DNA of 64,000 nt from Octopus sinensis (lineage: Eukaryota): the NCBI RefSeq assembly GCF_006345805.1, contig NC_043020.1:22568001-22632000 (forward strand). The letters run 5' to 3'. Both the position numbers and the translations under genes were made by a program. The notes below the pieces were generated by a model. It was not told the DNA's origin. It saw only the letters and a program-made list of their open reading frames with translations, and made no database searches. Positions 39,668 through 53,547 of the stretch are shown piece by piece. Within the stretch, counting starts at the first letter, position 1, and every line of letters begins with the position of its first letter.

Positions 39668-40436
39668 TTAAAACAGTACAATGAAATAGACGATATGTCA
39701 GGTAGGCAGTCATTAAAACCATCCAACAAAAATGGAAAATAGAAGTGAAGTGTTTTTCCTGACTCATTGAGGATTTTGAATGAAGCTTTCCTTTTTGTTG
39801 TGGTAGCATTAATTATTAATTTATTAAATATATTGTATTGGTTATTGATTGATTAGCTATTATTAAAATTACTTGTGTTTTAACAAGATTGAATTGTTGT
39901 TCACTTTCGTTTTCCATTTTATTGAATTCAATTATGTTTAACATTTACTTATTTTAGTTATCCTTATATTTGCAATCTGACTCATTCTCTCTTATGAACA
40001 TTCACTAAAACTGTGCTTACTCCAATGCAACTTAAATAGAGCTAACACATTCAGCTTCAGACTAGCCCCAGTTGAGAAAAGAATAAGATGAAAAGTATTC
40101 CAATTATTTCTAAATTGAAGTTGAGAAATGCTTTTATTAAAATTAATGTAAGATGCATTTTATTCCAATATAATACAATTCACAAAAATTTCTACTTTTG
40201 GGAACAATACAATTTATGACCATTAAAAATGACAGTTGGTGCCAGAGGTCTTAACCTGAAAAGTGCACAGCCTCACCTCCTGGTATTTAAGCCATCTACC
40301 TCAAGAAATTAAAGAATTTCTATTCACATTTTTAATACGATTCCCTCTAAGATTAATAAAGTTTCACCAAGAGCTCATAGTCTGTTTATAACCTTTTTAA
40401 ATATCTCAATATTAGAACATTACCATGGATTAAAAT

Positions 40437-42650
40437 GTCCGACTGCTGTTTCTCCTTTTTCGTCTCCAGTAGCATCTGTATTGTTGGATCTTAATTCGAT
40501 GCAAGCAGCTACTCTTTAACTGGAGAGGTCAAACTTTTACATGCTGCATGGAATTATTCACCTCACTGAGGGGCATACAGTCGTTCTTTCTCTCCTGCCT
40601 CTTCATTGACCCACGGCTGGTATCATAGACATTTTGGTGCTGCTGCCCAGAAATGTACTCAACCATGTACTTGAGTCAGGGAAACGCCACAGTGGGACAC
40701 TGAGCACAACAGCTGTTCCCTGTTCGTATCCTCATAATCGTGGTTTTTCATCAAGGACTTGAAGAAAGGCTGAGGACGCTTGACCTTTATTCTCTAGAAA
40801 AACGACAACGCCGTGCTGATCTCATTCTCGCTCACAACATCATAAGCGGAAAGTGTAACCTCTCGAAAGAGCTGTTCTTCACTCCTACTCCAGAGTGTCG
40901 GCTGCGGGGTCACTCCGAAAAGCTCTATCTGTGACGATTTCATATTAATCGAAGGAGAGAGGCTTTCTCCGTCCGGGTTGCGGATCCGTGGAATAAGCTG
41001 CCGGACGAGATAATGAAGATGCCGATGACCACTCGGTTCAAAGTCTCTCTTGACCAGAAATGGCCTGAACTCTTTGCATGAACACCCTCCCTGTACATAA
41101 CTCCATGTCCCCCTACATGGCCTTGCTTTTGCTTTTTGAGACAAAAAATTAACTTAACTTTTTCTTGAGTTTGGTGCTGCCTGCAGTATTTGGCCAGTTA
41201 AATTCGCCAGAAAGAAACCTCTTTCTGCAATCACCTTGCAAGCTGTGAATCACTCGCCTATACAGACGTATGGTCAAATCTCTCTTTCTTTGGATTTAGC
41301 TCTGCAAAGAGATTTCAAATGGATTTCCATCATCACTGACTTGCCTTACCCAATCCTCAGTGCAAATTTTCTGCATCATTAATCTCTTTTTGTTGATGCT
41401 TGTAAACAGTGGCTTTTAGACAGTACAACAGAATTTGCTATTTTTTGACAAAAGTCGAGTACTCCGTCGGTTAGCCCGGTATTCTTTATCACAGCGACTG
41501 GAAACCCATCTCAATCAATTTGGCTCTGCAAAGTGATTTCGGATGGATTTTCATCATTGCCGACCTGCCTTATGCAATTGTCGGTGCAGATTTTCTGCAT
41601 CACTACTCTTTTTTTCATTGATGTTCATAACCAGCAGCTTTTAGACAACACAATAAGATCTTGCTACTTTTGGACAAAAGTCAAGTACTCTGTTGGATAG
41701 CCCAGTATTCTTTATTGCAGCAACTGGAAACCCATATCAGTCGATTTTGGACTCCTTCCTGAAGCTCACCCAGCTAAATTTCCAAGTGAGTAATCCTGCT
41801 CACTCTACAGAACATTGTATCTCTCTGATTAGTGCTCTAGTGTTTTCACGTCCTCGTCGTTTTCCTCCAGAGAAGATCATCATCATCGTTTTAACATCTG
41901 TCTTCCATGCTAGCATGGGTGGGACAATTTCACAAGAGCTGGCCAGGCAGAAGCCTGCACCAAATTTCTGGGACTTTTGGCAGAATTCTTACAGCTGGAT
42001 GCCCTTCCTAACACCAACCACTCAGCAGAGTGGACTTAGTGCTTTTTTATGTGGCACAAGCACAGGCGAGGTAGTTATAATAAGGCTTTTACTGCTGGAT
42101 GCCCTTCCTAACACCAACCATTTTACAGTGTGGACTGGGTGCTTTTAAGTGGCACCTGCACTGACAGGGTCACCAAGTACTTGTAAGACCAAAAAAAAAA
42201 GACTTTCAAGAGGGGTGGTAACATTGGAGGAGGTAATCTTGTGTTGAATGATGAAAAGCTATACCTGGCCAGTAGGTGTTGATCATTCCAATAAGTTGGA
42301 CTTGTAGTGACGGCATTCTTCAGTGTGCGTGTGCAGGGCTGGAACATTCTGGAAAGGCCTAAGGAAGTTCCCTAATGCACATGCGCTAAAAACTGGGAAC
42401 GAGAATTCTATGGTGTTCGTTGAAGAGAGAAGACGTGTTCTCAGCCTATTCTCCTGTCCCAGACGTTTGGGATTTGACCGGCTCTGTTGCTGCTGGAGTT
42501 GTGAGGTTTATCTTTACAAATCTTTAACTTCAGTCTTGCTGTACCTACACCAAGTGGTTACCAAGTTACTAACGTGCCTTCTTTATGTAAATAACGAAAT
42601 AAAGTGTCATTTTTTTTAAGGTTGTTTTCTTGTTCCTGACACCGGTAGGT
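40437..42650 (+). mobile_element. Decayed Gypsy element (CsRN1-like): gag C-terminus, protease/RT-start fragments and an LTR from 42303
   Basis: WYHRHFGAAAQKCTQPC (CHCC-type knuckle remnant), LQAVNHSPIQTYG, LPYPILSANFLHH (duplicated in tandem), FSRPRRFPPEK; the LTR starts TGTAGTGACG and resembles 17411-16990. Confidence 0.75.
40755..41160 (+). mobile_element. CR1-type LINE 3' fragment nested in the Gypsy relic
   Basis: EERLRTLDLYSLEKRQRRADLI..LRGHSEKL..FSVRVADPWNKLP. Confidence 0.85.
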
Positions 42651-43382
42651 TTTGGAAACAAAGAAGGAAATTGTGTTGCACCCAAACAGTGCAAAAGACA
42701 CAACCTGTTCCAGACAGATCCTTTACCGACTAAAAGAGAATCCCAAATCCAACATTTATCAAATTTTGGAGAGAAAAACCTATCACTTACCACATAACAT
42801 TCAATAACTGTGGACAAAAGTCCTACTAATTAAGTGAATACATCAGGAGCCAATAATATACATTAGAAAAAGCGGAAGAGGAGCAACCATGATGAGTCAC
42901 TTTCCCAGGTCTAGTATACGGTGATTCACCCATAGGAAGAGAAGCAATCAAGAAGAGCAACTTTCCCAGTATCGATCTATTGCATTTCAATCTGTTTTAG
43001 GGTTAGGAGTGGGGGGAAGGTATCTTTTTTTTCTTCACAAATGTAAATAAACCTGATCTGTTTCTTAAACGAGGAACATATTCATACGGCACAGAATGTT
43101 TTTTTTTTTTACCTCAATAGACGTCATTGATTGGTTGAAATTGCAGAAATTGAAGAAGAAAAAAACCAACAAATATCTTACAAACTATAGAATTTTCTCA
43201 ATAAAGCCAACAGAAAAAAATGTTTTATAAACACATTGTACCAGTATACGAAGTTTTAAAGTGTTTAGTTACGTGGAAATTATTTTAAAAAACTGCCGTT
43301 CAAACCGAAAAGATCTTTAAAATGTCTCCATTAGAAAATACTCAACGCAAACTAGACGCTTTCATTGAAGTAGTATTGAGTT

Positions 43383-43586
43383 CGAAAGTGCGGCTCGAAA
43401 TATAAAGTCAGCAGCACTTGTTCATTGTGACAAATTATGATTTCACTGTGGAAGAAATTAGCAGTTTCTTGACTAAGTTGATAAAATATTGGTAAAGCTC
43501 GTTCTAAGAGTCAGATATCTACTTTGGTAGTTTTTGTGGAGACGTATAAGACGTTAACTCACTGTTTACATTTGGAAACGGTAAGC
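43383..43586 (+). promoter_or_regulatory. Putative promoter / non-coding exon 1 of ZNF gene 4, donor GT at 43581
   Basis: CGAAAGTGCGGCT.. and GGAAACG|GTAAGCTGA; acceptor at 47015-47016. Confidence 0.6.
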
Positions 43587-45292
43587 TGAAAAACGGGTTT
43601 TTTCGATGTTGTTATAATGTGTGTAATTAATTTCTTTCAGATACAGTAATTATATAAATGTGAAAACACATTCCCGACAAGAATGCAAGGATCTTTTCGG
43701 TTTGAAAGGCAGTTTTTAACATAATTTCCACGTAACTAAACACTTTTAAACTTCGTATACTGGTACAATGTGTTTATAAAACATCTTTTTCTCTTGGCTT
43801 TATTGAGAAAATTATATAGTTTGTAAGGTATTTGTTGTTGTTTTTCAGTTTCTGCAATTTCAACCAATCAATGACGTCTATTGAGGTAAAAAAAACATTC
43901 TGCGCCGTATGAATATGTCCCTCGTTTAAGAAACAGATCAGGTTTATTTACATTTGTGAAGAAAAAAAGATGCCCTTCCCCCCCCCATCCCTAACCCTAA
44001 AACAGATTGAAATGCAATAGATCGATACTAGGGTCATAAATATGGGTGACAATTTCATATGACACCGCTAGAAAAAACTGCCGTTCAAACTGAAAAGATC
44101 CGAATGCAGTTAATAATATTGAACTGAAAATATATAAGTTTTATGAAAAAATATCTCCATGTTCCAACGTTCACGCACACAGTAATATTTTCAAATTGAA
44201 ATGGTAATATCTAATTTTGAAAATAGTCTTCAAAAATAACTTGGAAACGAAAAACTAGAAACTAATTGACTGTTATATTAACAAAACGAAAATATTTCCT
44301 TTGTAAATGTTCCCAGTTTTAGGTTTTGGCTTGAATAGTTACAAGGTCATTCAAAACAGAGATGCCACATCAAATAAGGAGATAGATAACATTGTCCCAT
44401 TCAGTATTGGATGAAGTTGCGAAAAACAAATGTAAGAGCATCTGGAAGGATTTATCTCAGCCATCAGCGATCTAGCTTCTCTCTTGTATAATTACGTAGA
44501 AGAGTGGCGATCCTTCGGTATAGGTACTGTAAGTACCGGAAGTTTACATTTCTGAAGATAACAGAAACCCTTTTCTCCTAACGCAAACCCTAAACCTAAC
44601 CCCCCATATATATATATAAACACTTTCTTGAAATGTATCCTGTACCTATACCGAAGTTACGCCAATAATACATTTATTAATTGTTAGGGTTTCAGATGCA
44701 TTTTATTTTGTTAATGTTTTTTTTTTCTTTATTCATAATATTTCTTGTTCGATATGTAATCGTAGCACTGATGAAAACGACTTTGATTATAGGCTGCTCA
44801 GCTACGGCTGATTTGGCGAGAAAACCGCAAGAATGAACCAATGAGATGGAAACTGTAGTCACTCAACCTTCATGAAATAGCAGCTAAATGTCTTTCATAT
44901 TCCACTTAATCATTTTAAAGAGGATGACAAAGTGTAGGATTGGACACTAGACAACGTATTCTTAGATACACGATGGCAGTGTTGTGATGGAATGTGCTTG
45001 GTCATATATCTGCATAGTAAGGAATGACCAGGGATTACGTAACCGTGACAATGGATGAGAGGAGAATGCTATTGTCCTCCATTCAGTAAATTTTGGTATT
45101 GTGAATATAAGCGTGGCTGTGTGGTAAGTAGCTTGTTTACCAAACCACATGGTTCCGGGTTCAGTCCCACTGCGTGGCACCTTGGGCAAGTGTCTTCTAC
45201 TATAGCCTCGGGCCGACCAAAGCCTTGTGAGTGGATTTGGTAGACGGAAACTGAAAGAAGCCAGTCGTATGTATGTATGTATGTATATATAT

Positions 45293-45810
45293 ATATATAT
45301 GAAAAAACAAGTCAAAAATAGAAAATGCTAAGATGATTTTATAGTGAATCTTTCAGTACCGGTTTCGGTCATTTTGAGACCTTTTCAACTGTAACGATTA
45401 AATAATTAAATTTAGAAAAATTTAGAAAAATTAGAAGAAAGGTTTTTTTAAAGGAATACTTCCATAGTAGTGTTCAGATATAGGTGGCATTCTGCCTTTC
45501 TCTGACTCCCTTGTTTGCACTTGTGTATTCGAGGTCGAATACACAACGACCTCGAATACACAAGTGCAAACAAGGGAGTCAGAGAAAGGCAGAATGCCAC
45601 CTATATCTGAACACTACTATGGAAGTATTCCTTTAAAAAAACCTTTCTTCTAATTTTTCTAAATTTAATTATTTAATCATTACAGTTGAAAAGGTCTCAA
45701 AATGACCGAAACCGGTACTGAAAGATTCACTATAAAATCATCTTAGCATTTTCTATTTTTGACTTGTTTTTTCATATATATCAACTCGTGTGTTCCTTTC
45801 CACCCTTATA
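45293..45810 (+). mobile_element. Fold-back element (~240-bp arms, 9-nt spacer, short tail) in the (TA)n of a SINE; Penelope-like derivative
   Basis: Arms ~45293-45537/45547-45781; the left arm has one extra TTTAGAAAAA; a hammerhead variant in each arm. Confidence 0.8.
45683..45720 (+). ncRNA. Minimal hammerhead ribozyme variant, U3-A8 core; mirror copy 45354-45391(-)
   Basis: CAG UUGAAAA GGUC-ucaaaau-GACC GAAAC CG GUA^CUG; stem III palindrome ACCGGU. Confidence 0.7.
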
Positions 45811-47333
45811 CATATATATATATATATATATATGCGTGTGTGTGTTTGTCCCCCTAGCATTGCTTGACAACCGATGCTGGTGTGTTTATGTCCCCGTAAC
45901 TTAGCGGTTTGGCAAAAGAGACTGATAGAATAAGTACTGGGCTTACAAAAGAATAAGTCCCGGTGTCGAGTTGCTCGATTAAAGGCGGTGTTCCAGCATG
46001 GCCGCAGTCAAATGACTGAAACAAGTAAAAGAGTAGATTAAATGTTAGGTGTAATATTTTATGTTGTGGGACTGAGTAAGGATACACATACACACACACC
46101 GATTGAAGTATAATGTACAAGTGGTATCACAAATAGTTGAATAGTATAGTTTTTAGGTAGCATAGTGTGATATATATTTCTTAAATATTATGTAAAACCA
46201 AACCCTGCAAGTTATAAAATTTAATACATGTTGATGTTAGCAGTGGTACCTGGTATTTCAATATTTCAGGTGTAGGAGTCTTTCTTGGGGAAATTTATGG
46301 AGAAAAAGTGTTTGTTAGCTGATGTCTTTGTAGTGTGTGTGAAGGAAGGTTTGATTTGTATTGCTATTAGTCTCCAATCGGCTATACGCAAATAGAACAA
46401 CTCCATCTGGTATGGACAGTGGAATGAGAACAATGTATCCCTGTGGATTTTATAAAGGGTTCAATACCAGACCCAGAACGTTTCTGAATGTGAGAGGCAC
46501 CTGAAGAAGTCCTGAAGGTACAATGACCAAATACACTAGTCCAGATATAATGTATAATCAACAGTATTTATTGTAATATATGTAATCTACAGGTGTATGT
46601 GTAGTTTGTAAATATGTAAACTTGACACAATTTTGTATGATGATATATAACCCTTTAGTATTTAAACCTGTCATATCCGGCCAAAATATTTAATCTGTTT
46701 TATGTTCAAACTGACCAGATCCAGGCTCTCACACCTACCCTACAATGTTATTCTATATTAAGTAATTACACCATCAAGATCTTGAAGATGTGAGATAATG
46801 CATGATTAATTCAAATCAATGGGAATCAATAAGCATTATGTTTGATAGAATAATCTGAACAGTAAAGGGTTAAATAGCATGTTCTAAAGTGAAGTTCACT
46901 TCTTGAGGTGGAAGTTTACAGTTTATCCGTATAGAATTGTTGTAAAATTTCACTATTGAATCTCAATTTTTTTTTAATTATCTTCAATACCTTACACTAT
47001 TTCTCTATCATTTCAGAATACCAAAATATTTGGCCTTAAAGATATATCATCAATATATCAATATATATTTCCATTTACTGTCAAAGGAAGATTTTATGCA
47101 GAAGAGCTACAACTGTTTCTATAAATTTATCATGGAGTTACTGAAAGTTAGTTCTTTAGATTGAGACATTTCTTATCATTGTCTACCAGGTGTACGAGAC
47201 GATTTTATATTCCAACTAAATTTGGACAGATTTTCCAATGAGTTCGCTACCATTTTTTGATACCAACAGGGACAACAGTTGATGGAAATATTGCTGTAGA
47301 AGTGTTTGCATCAGTTCTGTAATAATTTATAGA

Positions 47334-48845
47334 ATGATGAATTTTTCTGAAGAATTGCCGAAGGAGGAGAGAAAATCATCATATCACTGTGATGTCTGTG
47401 AAAAGACATTCTCTCTGAGAAGCAGCCTCACAAATCATAAACGTATTCACACAGGAGAGAAACCATACAACTGTGATATCTGTGGTAAATCATTCACCAT
47501 CAGAAGAAACTTCACTGAACATAGATATACACATACAGGGGAGAAACCCCATAACTGTGATGTCTGTGGTAAATCATTCTCTCAAATGCATACCTTAACT
47601 ACTCACAAACGCATTCATACTGGAGAGAAACCATATGAATGTGATATATGTGCTAAATCATTCTCTGTAAGAAGTAACTTAGCCAAACATATACGTACTC
47701 ATACGGGTGAAAAACCATATCACTGTGATATCTGTGGTAAATCATTTTCTGAAAGCGATAGCCTAACTAGCCACATTCGTATTCATACAGGTGAGAAGCC
47801 ATATCAGTGTGATATCTGTGGTAAATCATTCTCTGAAAGATGTAACTTGGCTACACACAAACACATTCATACAGGAGAGAAGTCATATCACTGTGATATC
47901 TGTGGTAAATCATTCTTTCAAAAAGTTCACTTAAATACTCATAGGCGTATTCACACAGGAGAGAAACCGTATCACTGCAATATCTGTGGTAAATCATATG
48001 CTGAAGGAAACAGCTTAAACAAACACAAACTTGTTCACACAGGAGAAAAACCATATCAGTGTGATATCTGTGGTAAAGCATTCAGTTACAGAAGTTCGCT
48101 AATTGTTCACAAACATATTCATACAGGAAAGAAGCCGTATAACTGTGATGCTTGTGGTAAATCATTCAGGGAGGCAAGTCAGTTGGCAATACACAAAACC
48201 TGCATTCATACGAGAGAGAAACCTTATCATTGCGATATCTGTGGCAAATCGTTCTCCAGTGGGAGTTCGTTAATTGCTCACAAACGTATTCACACAGGGG
48301 AAAAACCATATCAGTGTGACATCTGTGGTAAGTCATTCTCTGAAACGTATAATTTAACTAAACACAAATCTACACATACGGGAGAGAAGCCATACCACTG
48401 TGGTGTCTGTGGTAAGTCCTTCTCTCAAACAGCTCATCTGAGTGTTCACAACCGTGTTCACACAGGCGAGAAACCATATCACTGTGATATCTGTGGCAAA
48501 TCATTCTCTCAAACAAGTCATTTAACCATTCACAGACGTATTCATACAGGGGAGAAACCCTATCAGTGTGAAATTTGTGGTAAATCTTTCTTCCAAAATA
48601 GCGATGTGACTAAACACAAACGCATTCATACGGGAGAAAAGCCATATGGCTGTGATATCTGTGGTAAATCCTTCTCTGGAAGTAGTGCTTTAACGACTCA
48701 CAAGAACATCCATATAGGAGAAAAACCATATTGGTGTGATATCTGTGGTAAATCGTTTTTTCAAAATAGTGATTTGACCAAACACAGATATATTCATTCT
48801 GAGAATCGGTTTTCTTCTGACTCAACCACAGATTGCAGGCATTAA
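47334..48845 (+). CDS. Tandem C2H2 zinc-finger protein (ZNF gene 4), 503 aa, 17 fingers
   Basis: Intact ORF; N-terminus [16 protein letters not shown] homologous to the other genes; one HX4H finger. Confidence 0.95.
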   Translation: MMNFSEELPKEERKSSYHCDVCEKTFSLRSSLTNHKRIHTGEKPYNCDICGKSFTIRRNFTEHRYTHTGEKPHNCDVCGKSFSQMHTLTTHKRIHTGEKPYECDICAKSFSVRSNLAKHIRTHTGEKPYHCDICGKSFSESDSLTSHIRIHTGEKPYQCDICGKSFSERCNLATHKHIHTGEKSYHCDICGKSFFQKVHLNTHRRIHTGEKPYHCNICGKSYAEGNSLNKHKLVHTGEKPYQCDICGKAFSYRSSLIVHKHIHTGKKPYNCDACGKSFREASQLAIHKTCIHTREKPYHCDICGKSFSSGSSLIAHKRIHTGEKPYQCDICGKSFSETYNLTKHKSTHTGEKPYHCGVCGKSFSQTAHLSVHNRVHTGEKPYHCDICGKSFSQTSHLTIHRRIHTGEKPYQCEICGKSFFQNSDVTKHKRIHTGEKPYGCDICGKSFSGSSALTTHKNIHIGEKPYWCDICGKSFFQNSDLTKHRYIHSENRFSSDSTTDCRH

Positions 48846-49850
48846 CCTTTCGCATGCACTCTTTTTTACTCTTTTTACTTGTTTCAGTCATTTGACTGCG
48901 GCCATGCTGGAGCACCGCCTTTAATCGAGCAACTCGACCCCAGGACTTATTCTTTTGTAAGCCCAGTACTTATGTTATCGGTCTCTTTTGCCGAACCGCT
49001 AAGTGACGGGGACATAAACACACCAGCATTGGTTGTCAAGCAATGCTAGGGGGACAGACACACACACACACATATATATATATACATATATACGACGGGC
49101 TTCTTTCAGTTTCCGTCTACCAAATCCACTCACAAGGCTTTGGTCGGCCCGAGGCTATAGTAGAAGACACTTGCCCAAGATGCCACGCAGTGGGACTGAA
49201 CCCGGAACCATGTGGCTGGCAAGCAAGCTACTTACCACACAGCCACTCCTGCGCCTATTTATAATCTCTGTGAAAAGTCTTTAATGAAGGTGGTTGAATG
49301 AAATATCACTTTCTGTCATTTTCTGTAACAAGTGACTCATCTGCTTAGATACATACATTGTGTGAGGTGGGTCGCAAAGGAACAGAGGCACCATGCCACA
49401 ACAGATAAAATGTTGGCACAGTCCTGTGACTTTCCAGCTCTTGTCAAACCATCCGACCCATGCCAGCATGGAAAAATGAATGTTAAATGATGATAATGAT
49501 AGCATATTTTGATTATGTCATACTTTGCAATCTGATTCATTCTGAGTTTTGCTTATTCCAACACAAATAGAGCTAACGCATTTAACCCCAGGTTGGCTTT
49601 GATTGAGATCAAAGTATCATGAATAACATTCCAACAGTTTTCAAATTCAAATTTCAACTGAAATTTAAAAAAAAAAACTTTTAACAAAATTTATGATGTT
49701 TTATTCCAATACTATTTATGAATTATGAGAATATATATTGTAATAAAAAAAATCTGTTTTTTAATTGGTTTGGAGTATGTAACTGTTACAATAAGAATGC
49801 AATTAAAATCTACAATATCTAGCAAATTGTTATAAATTGCCATTTTAATA

Positions 49851-50920
49851 TCAGGCTGAGTAAAAAGTAAGCAACGTTTTGAAACATGAAATTCATCACA
49901 ATATATTTCAACAATGTGGAAATTTTATTCATCTAAGTAAGCATCGTTACTATCAACACATTACAAGTTTGTTTTTTCTGGTAATATAAAAATCTGGAGT
50001 TCTGGAGCTGATGAACTCTTTGAAAGTATGTTCAGCATCGGTTTGATTTTTGAACTCCTTCTCTCGCAGGACACCATCAAGGTGCTTGAAAAAGGGGTAG
50101 TTGGTAGGAGAAAGGGCTGGGGAAGAACTTCATAGCCAAGTTCCCTCAACTTCTGGAGTGTCGTTAGTGAAACGTGTGGTTGAACACTCAGCACTCATGA
50201 AGAATTATTGGCCCTCTTCTGTTGACCAATCTGGGATGAAGGAGTAGCAGTTTTTTTTTTGTTCATTTTGGAAAATTCATGGCAATATGTTTCTGCAGTA
50301 ATGAGTTTTCTGGGTTTTAAGAAGTTATAGTGGATGAATCCAGCAGTACATCACCAAATAGTCACCATAACCTTCTTTTTGAAGGGCTCAGGTTTAGAGA
50401 AGGTTTTCGGTGCTTCCTTTTGGTCCAACCACTGTGAAGAACGCTTTTATTATTGTACAGAATTCACTTTTCATTGCAAGTTACAATACGGTCGAGAAAT
50501 GGCTTGGTCTGGTTACGAAGAAGAAGCAATGAGCAAATTTCATATCTGCACATTTTCTGATTTTCATTGAAATTGTGTGGTACCCATTTGTTGAGCTTTT
50601 TTGATTTTACGATCACATAGAAATGGTCGCAGGCAATTTTCTGTTTGATTCGAAATTTTTTTTGCCAGTGGTTTTACATGGTCTTTAATTGACTGTCATT
50701 GATGACAGATGGGCGTCCACTATGCTCATAAACTTCCAGGCTCAGTTCTTCACTGTTAAATTGTTTAAATCATTTTTGAGCTGACCACTTGCTGGTCATT
50801 TCCTCATCAAATATTTCGTTGATATTGCAATCAGTTTCATTTGCTTTACATCTTCTTTTGATGTTGAATAGCAAAATTGCTTGAATATCACGCTTTGACA
50901 GTTCCATTTCAGATTGTAAG
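49851..50920 (-). mobile_element. Decayed mariner transposase
   Basis: KLRELGYEVLPQP..PTNYPFFKHLD..F..FI.SR.PDFY, plus an upstream VMVTIW..AGFIHYNFL motif; frameshifted. Confidence 0.75.
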
Positions 50921-52979
50921 AACAGTAAAAAAAAAAAAATATCAATGTTAATTTATTGATTCATTTGGGTAAGCCCATGTCTGTGTTATCAGACAATTGC
51001 AAAAATATATTTAAAAAAATTTCAAACCTGCAAAAATCCAATACAAATTCTTCATGGTTCAAAATGGTGCTTTTTATTCAACCTAATATACTCTTTTACT
51101 TGTTTCAGTCATTTGACTGCGGCCATGCTGGAGCACCGCCTTTAGTCGAGCAAATCGACCTCAGGACTTATTCTTTGTAAGCCCAGTACTTATTCTATCG
51201 GTCTCTTTTTGCCGAACCGCTAAGTGACGGCAAAATATATTATTTTATCACACAGATTTCAAAATTCTTTTACTGAAAATTTTAACTTAAATGATTGAAT
51301 CACAACTAATTTTGTTCACTGTCACATAGTTATTTTTCGCTGTGAGATAGTGATTTCTAACATTACTGTTTATGCTTCAACATAATATTACCCTGCTCCC
51401 TATCTGTGTTTTGTTATAGCTTTCTGACGAATGGATATTTTTTTAGTTGCATGTTCTATACACTAACTCTTAGTATAGATTACAATTGTTTTGTAATTAA
51501 ATGTGTGGGGGACAGATGCAAATAATTCATGCACATGGAGATTTTTTTTCTCATGTTTTAATATAGATTAATTCAATTTAAAACCAAAAATCTATTACTC
51601 TTGAGGACTATTCCATCCTTTCTTGAAAACTGACTTTGAGGAATTTTTGTAGAAAGTTAAGTGCAATGGTAATTTGAATTACTGAATGTTCTCTCTCTTT
51701 TACTCTTTTACTTGTTTCAGTCATTTGACTGCGGCCATGCTGGAGCACCGCCTTTAATCGAGCAACTCGACCCCGGGACTTATTCTTTTGTAAGCCCAGT
51801 ACTTATTCTATCAGTCTCTTTTGCCGAACTGCTAAGTAACAGGGACATAAACACACCAGCATCGGTTGTCAAGCAATGCTAGGGGGGACAAACACAGACA
51901 CACAAACACACATATATATATTATACGACGGGCTTCTTTCAGTTTTCGTCTACCAAATCCACTCACAAGGCTTTGGTCGGCCTGAGGCTATAATAGAAGA
52001 CGCTTGCCCAAGGTCCCATGCATTGGGACTGAACCCGGAACCATGTGGTTGGTAAGCAAGCTACTTACCACACAGCCACTCGTGTGCCTGAAATATATAT
52101 TTCATTATTTTATTGCAGTCTTAATCTCTCTCGTTTGAAGAACTCAAAGGTAGCCCATCCTCTGTGTGGTTGTTTAGTATGCTAGAAATAGCATGGATCA
52201 CAAGGGTCTCAAAAATAATTGTTTTTTTCAACATAATTGTGATGTACATCATCAAAATGCACGAGGAAATAAAGTTGAGATGCATGATATATTCAACCCC
52301 AGCTTATTTTATTCATCACATTATATTCCAACAGAGTCGCAGTAATCTATACCGTCTCAATGTATTGGAAGAAAATTTCAGTAAAAATAGATCTATTTCA
52401 AAAAGATATAAGGAAAAGTAAGGGAAGGGGGACAATTCTGGCATTCATCATATTTTATGGACTCGACCATGTTCTAAAATAAGTCGAAAGGTAAGCTACT
52501 ATAAATCAGCACAAACTTTCCGGACAACCCAATAATATTTTCTGATATGGCACACCTAATTTCCATTTGAATCGTTTATTTGTCAAATAGTCTTCACTCA
52601 CTCAGTAAATATCATCATCATCGTTTAGTGTCCGCTTTCCATGCTAGCATGGGTTGGACAGTTCAACTGGGTTCTGGGAAGCCAGAAGCCGTACCAGGCG
52701 CAGTCTGATCTGGCAATGTTTCTACGGCTCAATGCCCTTCCTAACACCAACCACTCCTTGAGTGTAGTGGGAGCTTTTTACGTGCCACTGGCACAGGTGC
52801 CAGACGAGGCTGGCAAACGGCCACGATCGGATGGTGCTTTTTACGGGCCCGGCGAAGCTGGCAATGGCCACGATCGGATGGTGCTTTTTACGTGCCCATG
52901 TCCTGAATTTATTTACTGAGTGAGTGAAGACTATTTGACAAACGATTCAAATGGAAATAAGGTGTGCCATATCAGAAAA

Positions 52980-53547
52980 TATTGGGTTGTCTGGAAAGTT
53001 CGTGCTGATTTATAGTAGCTTACCTTTCGACTTTTTTTAGAACATGGTTGGGTCCATAAAATAGGATTTGACTAGACCTCCATTTAGAGCACAGTTTAAG
53101 CTATCTTTTCTTGGGAGAAGGTTTACGTTCCTATAACCTGTGTTAATTCTGTAACCCTTTAAAATGGAAGATAAGAAAGTTCATTTTCAGCACTTGATGC
53201 TTTGGGAACCAGACAAAAATTGCTGCAGCTTGGCTGGGATGTGTTACCCCAGCCTCCATATTCAGCAGATATTGCTCCTTCGGATTTCCACTTGTTCAGG
53301 TCTCTGCAGATAGTCTTAATGGTAAAAATTTCAATTCCTTGGATGACATAAAATGATACTTTGATGAATTCTTTGCAATGAAACCCCTCAAATCTGGGAA
53401 GAGGGTATTTCCAAGTTAAAGGAAAGATGGAGACGCATTGTGCAACAAAATGGTTCATATTTGGCTGATTAAAAATGTAATGGCAAGTATTTATTGACCT
53501 TTTTCTTTCCTTTAAAAATCAGCACAAACTTTTCGGACAACCCAATA
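52980..53547 (+). mobile_element. Internally deleted mariner element with both TIRs
   Basis: TATTGGGTTGTCTGGAAAGTTCGTGCTGATTT / AAATCAGCACAAACTTTTCGGACAACCCAATA; internal LGWDVLPQPPYSADIAPSDFHLFRSLQ (YSPDLAP motif). Confidence 0.9.

Noticed and set aside
50005-50040. CTGATGA..GAAA match
   Set aside because: No stems; lies inside a mariner coding relic, so a chance match
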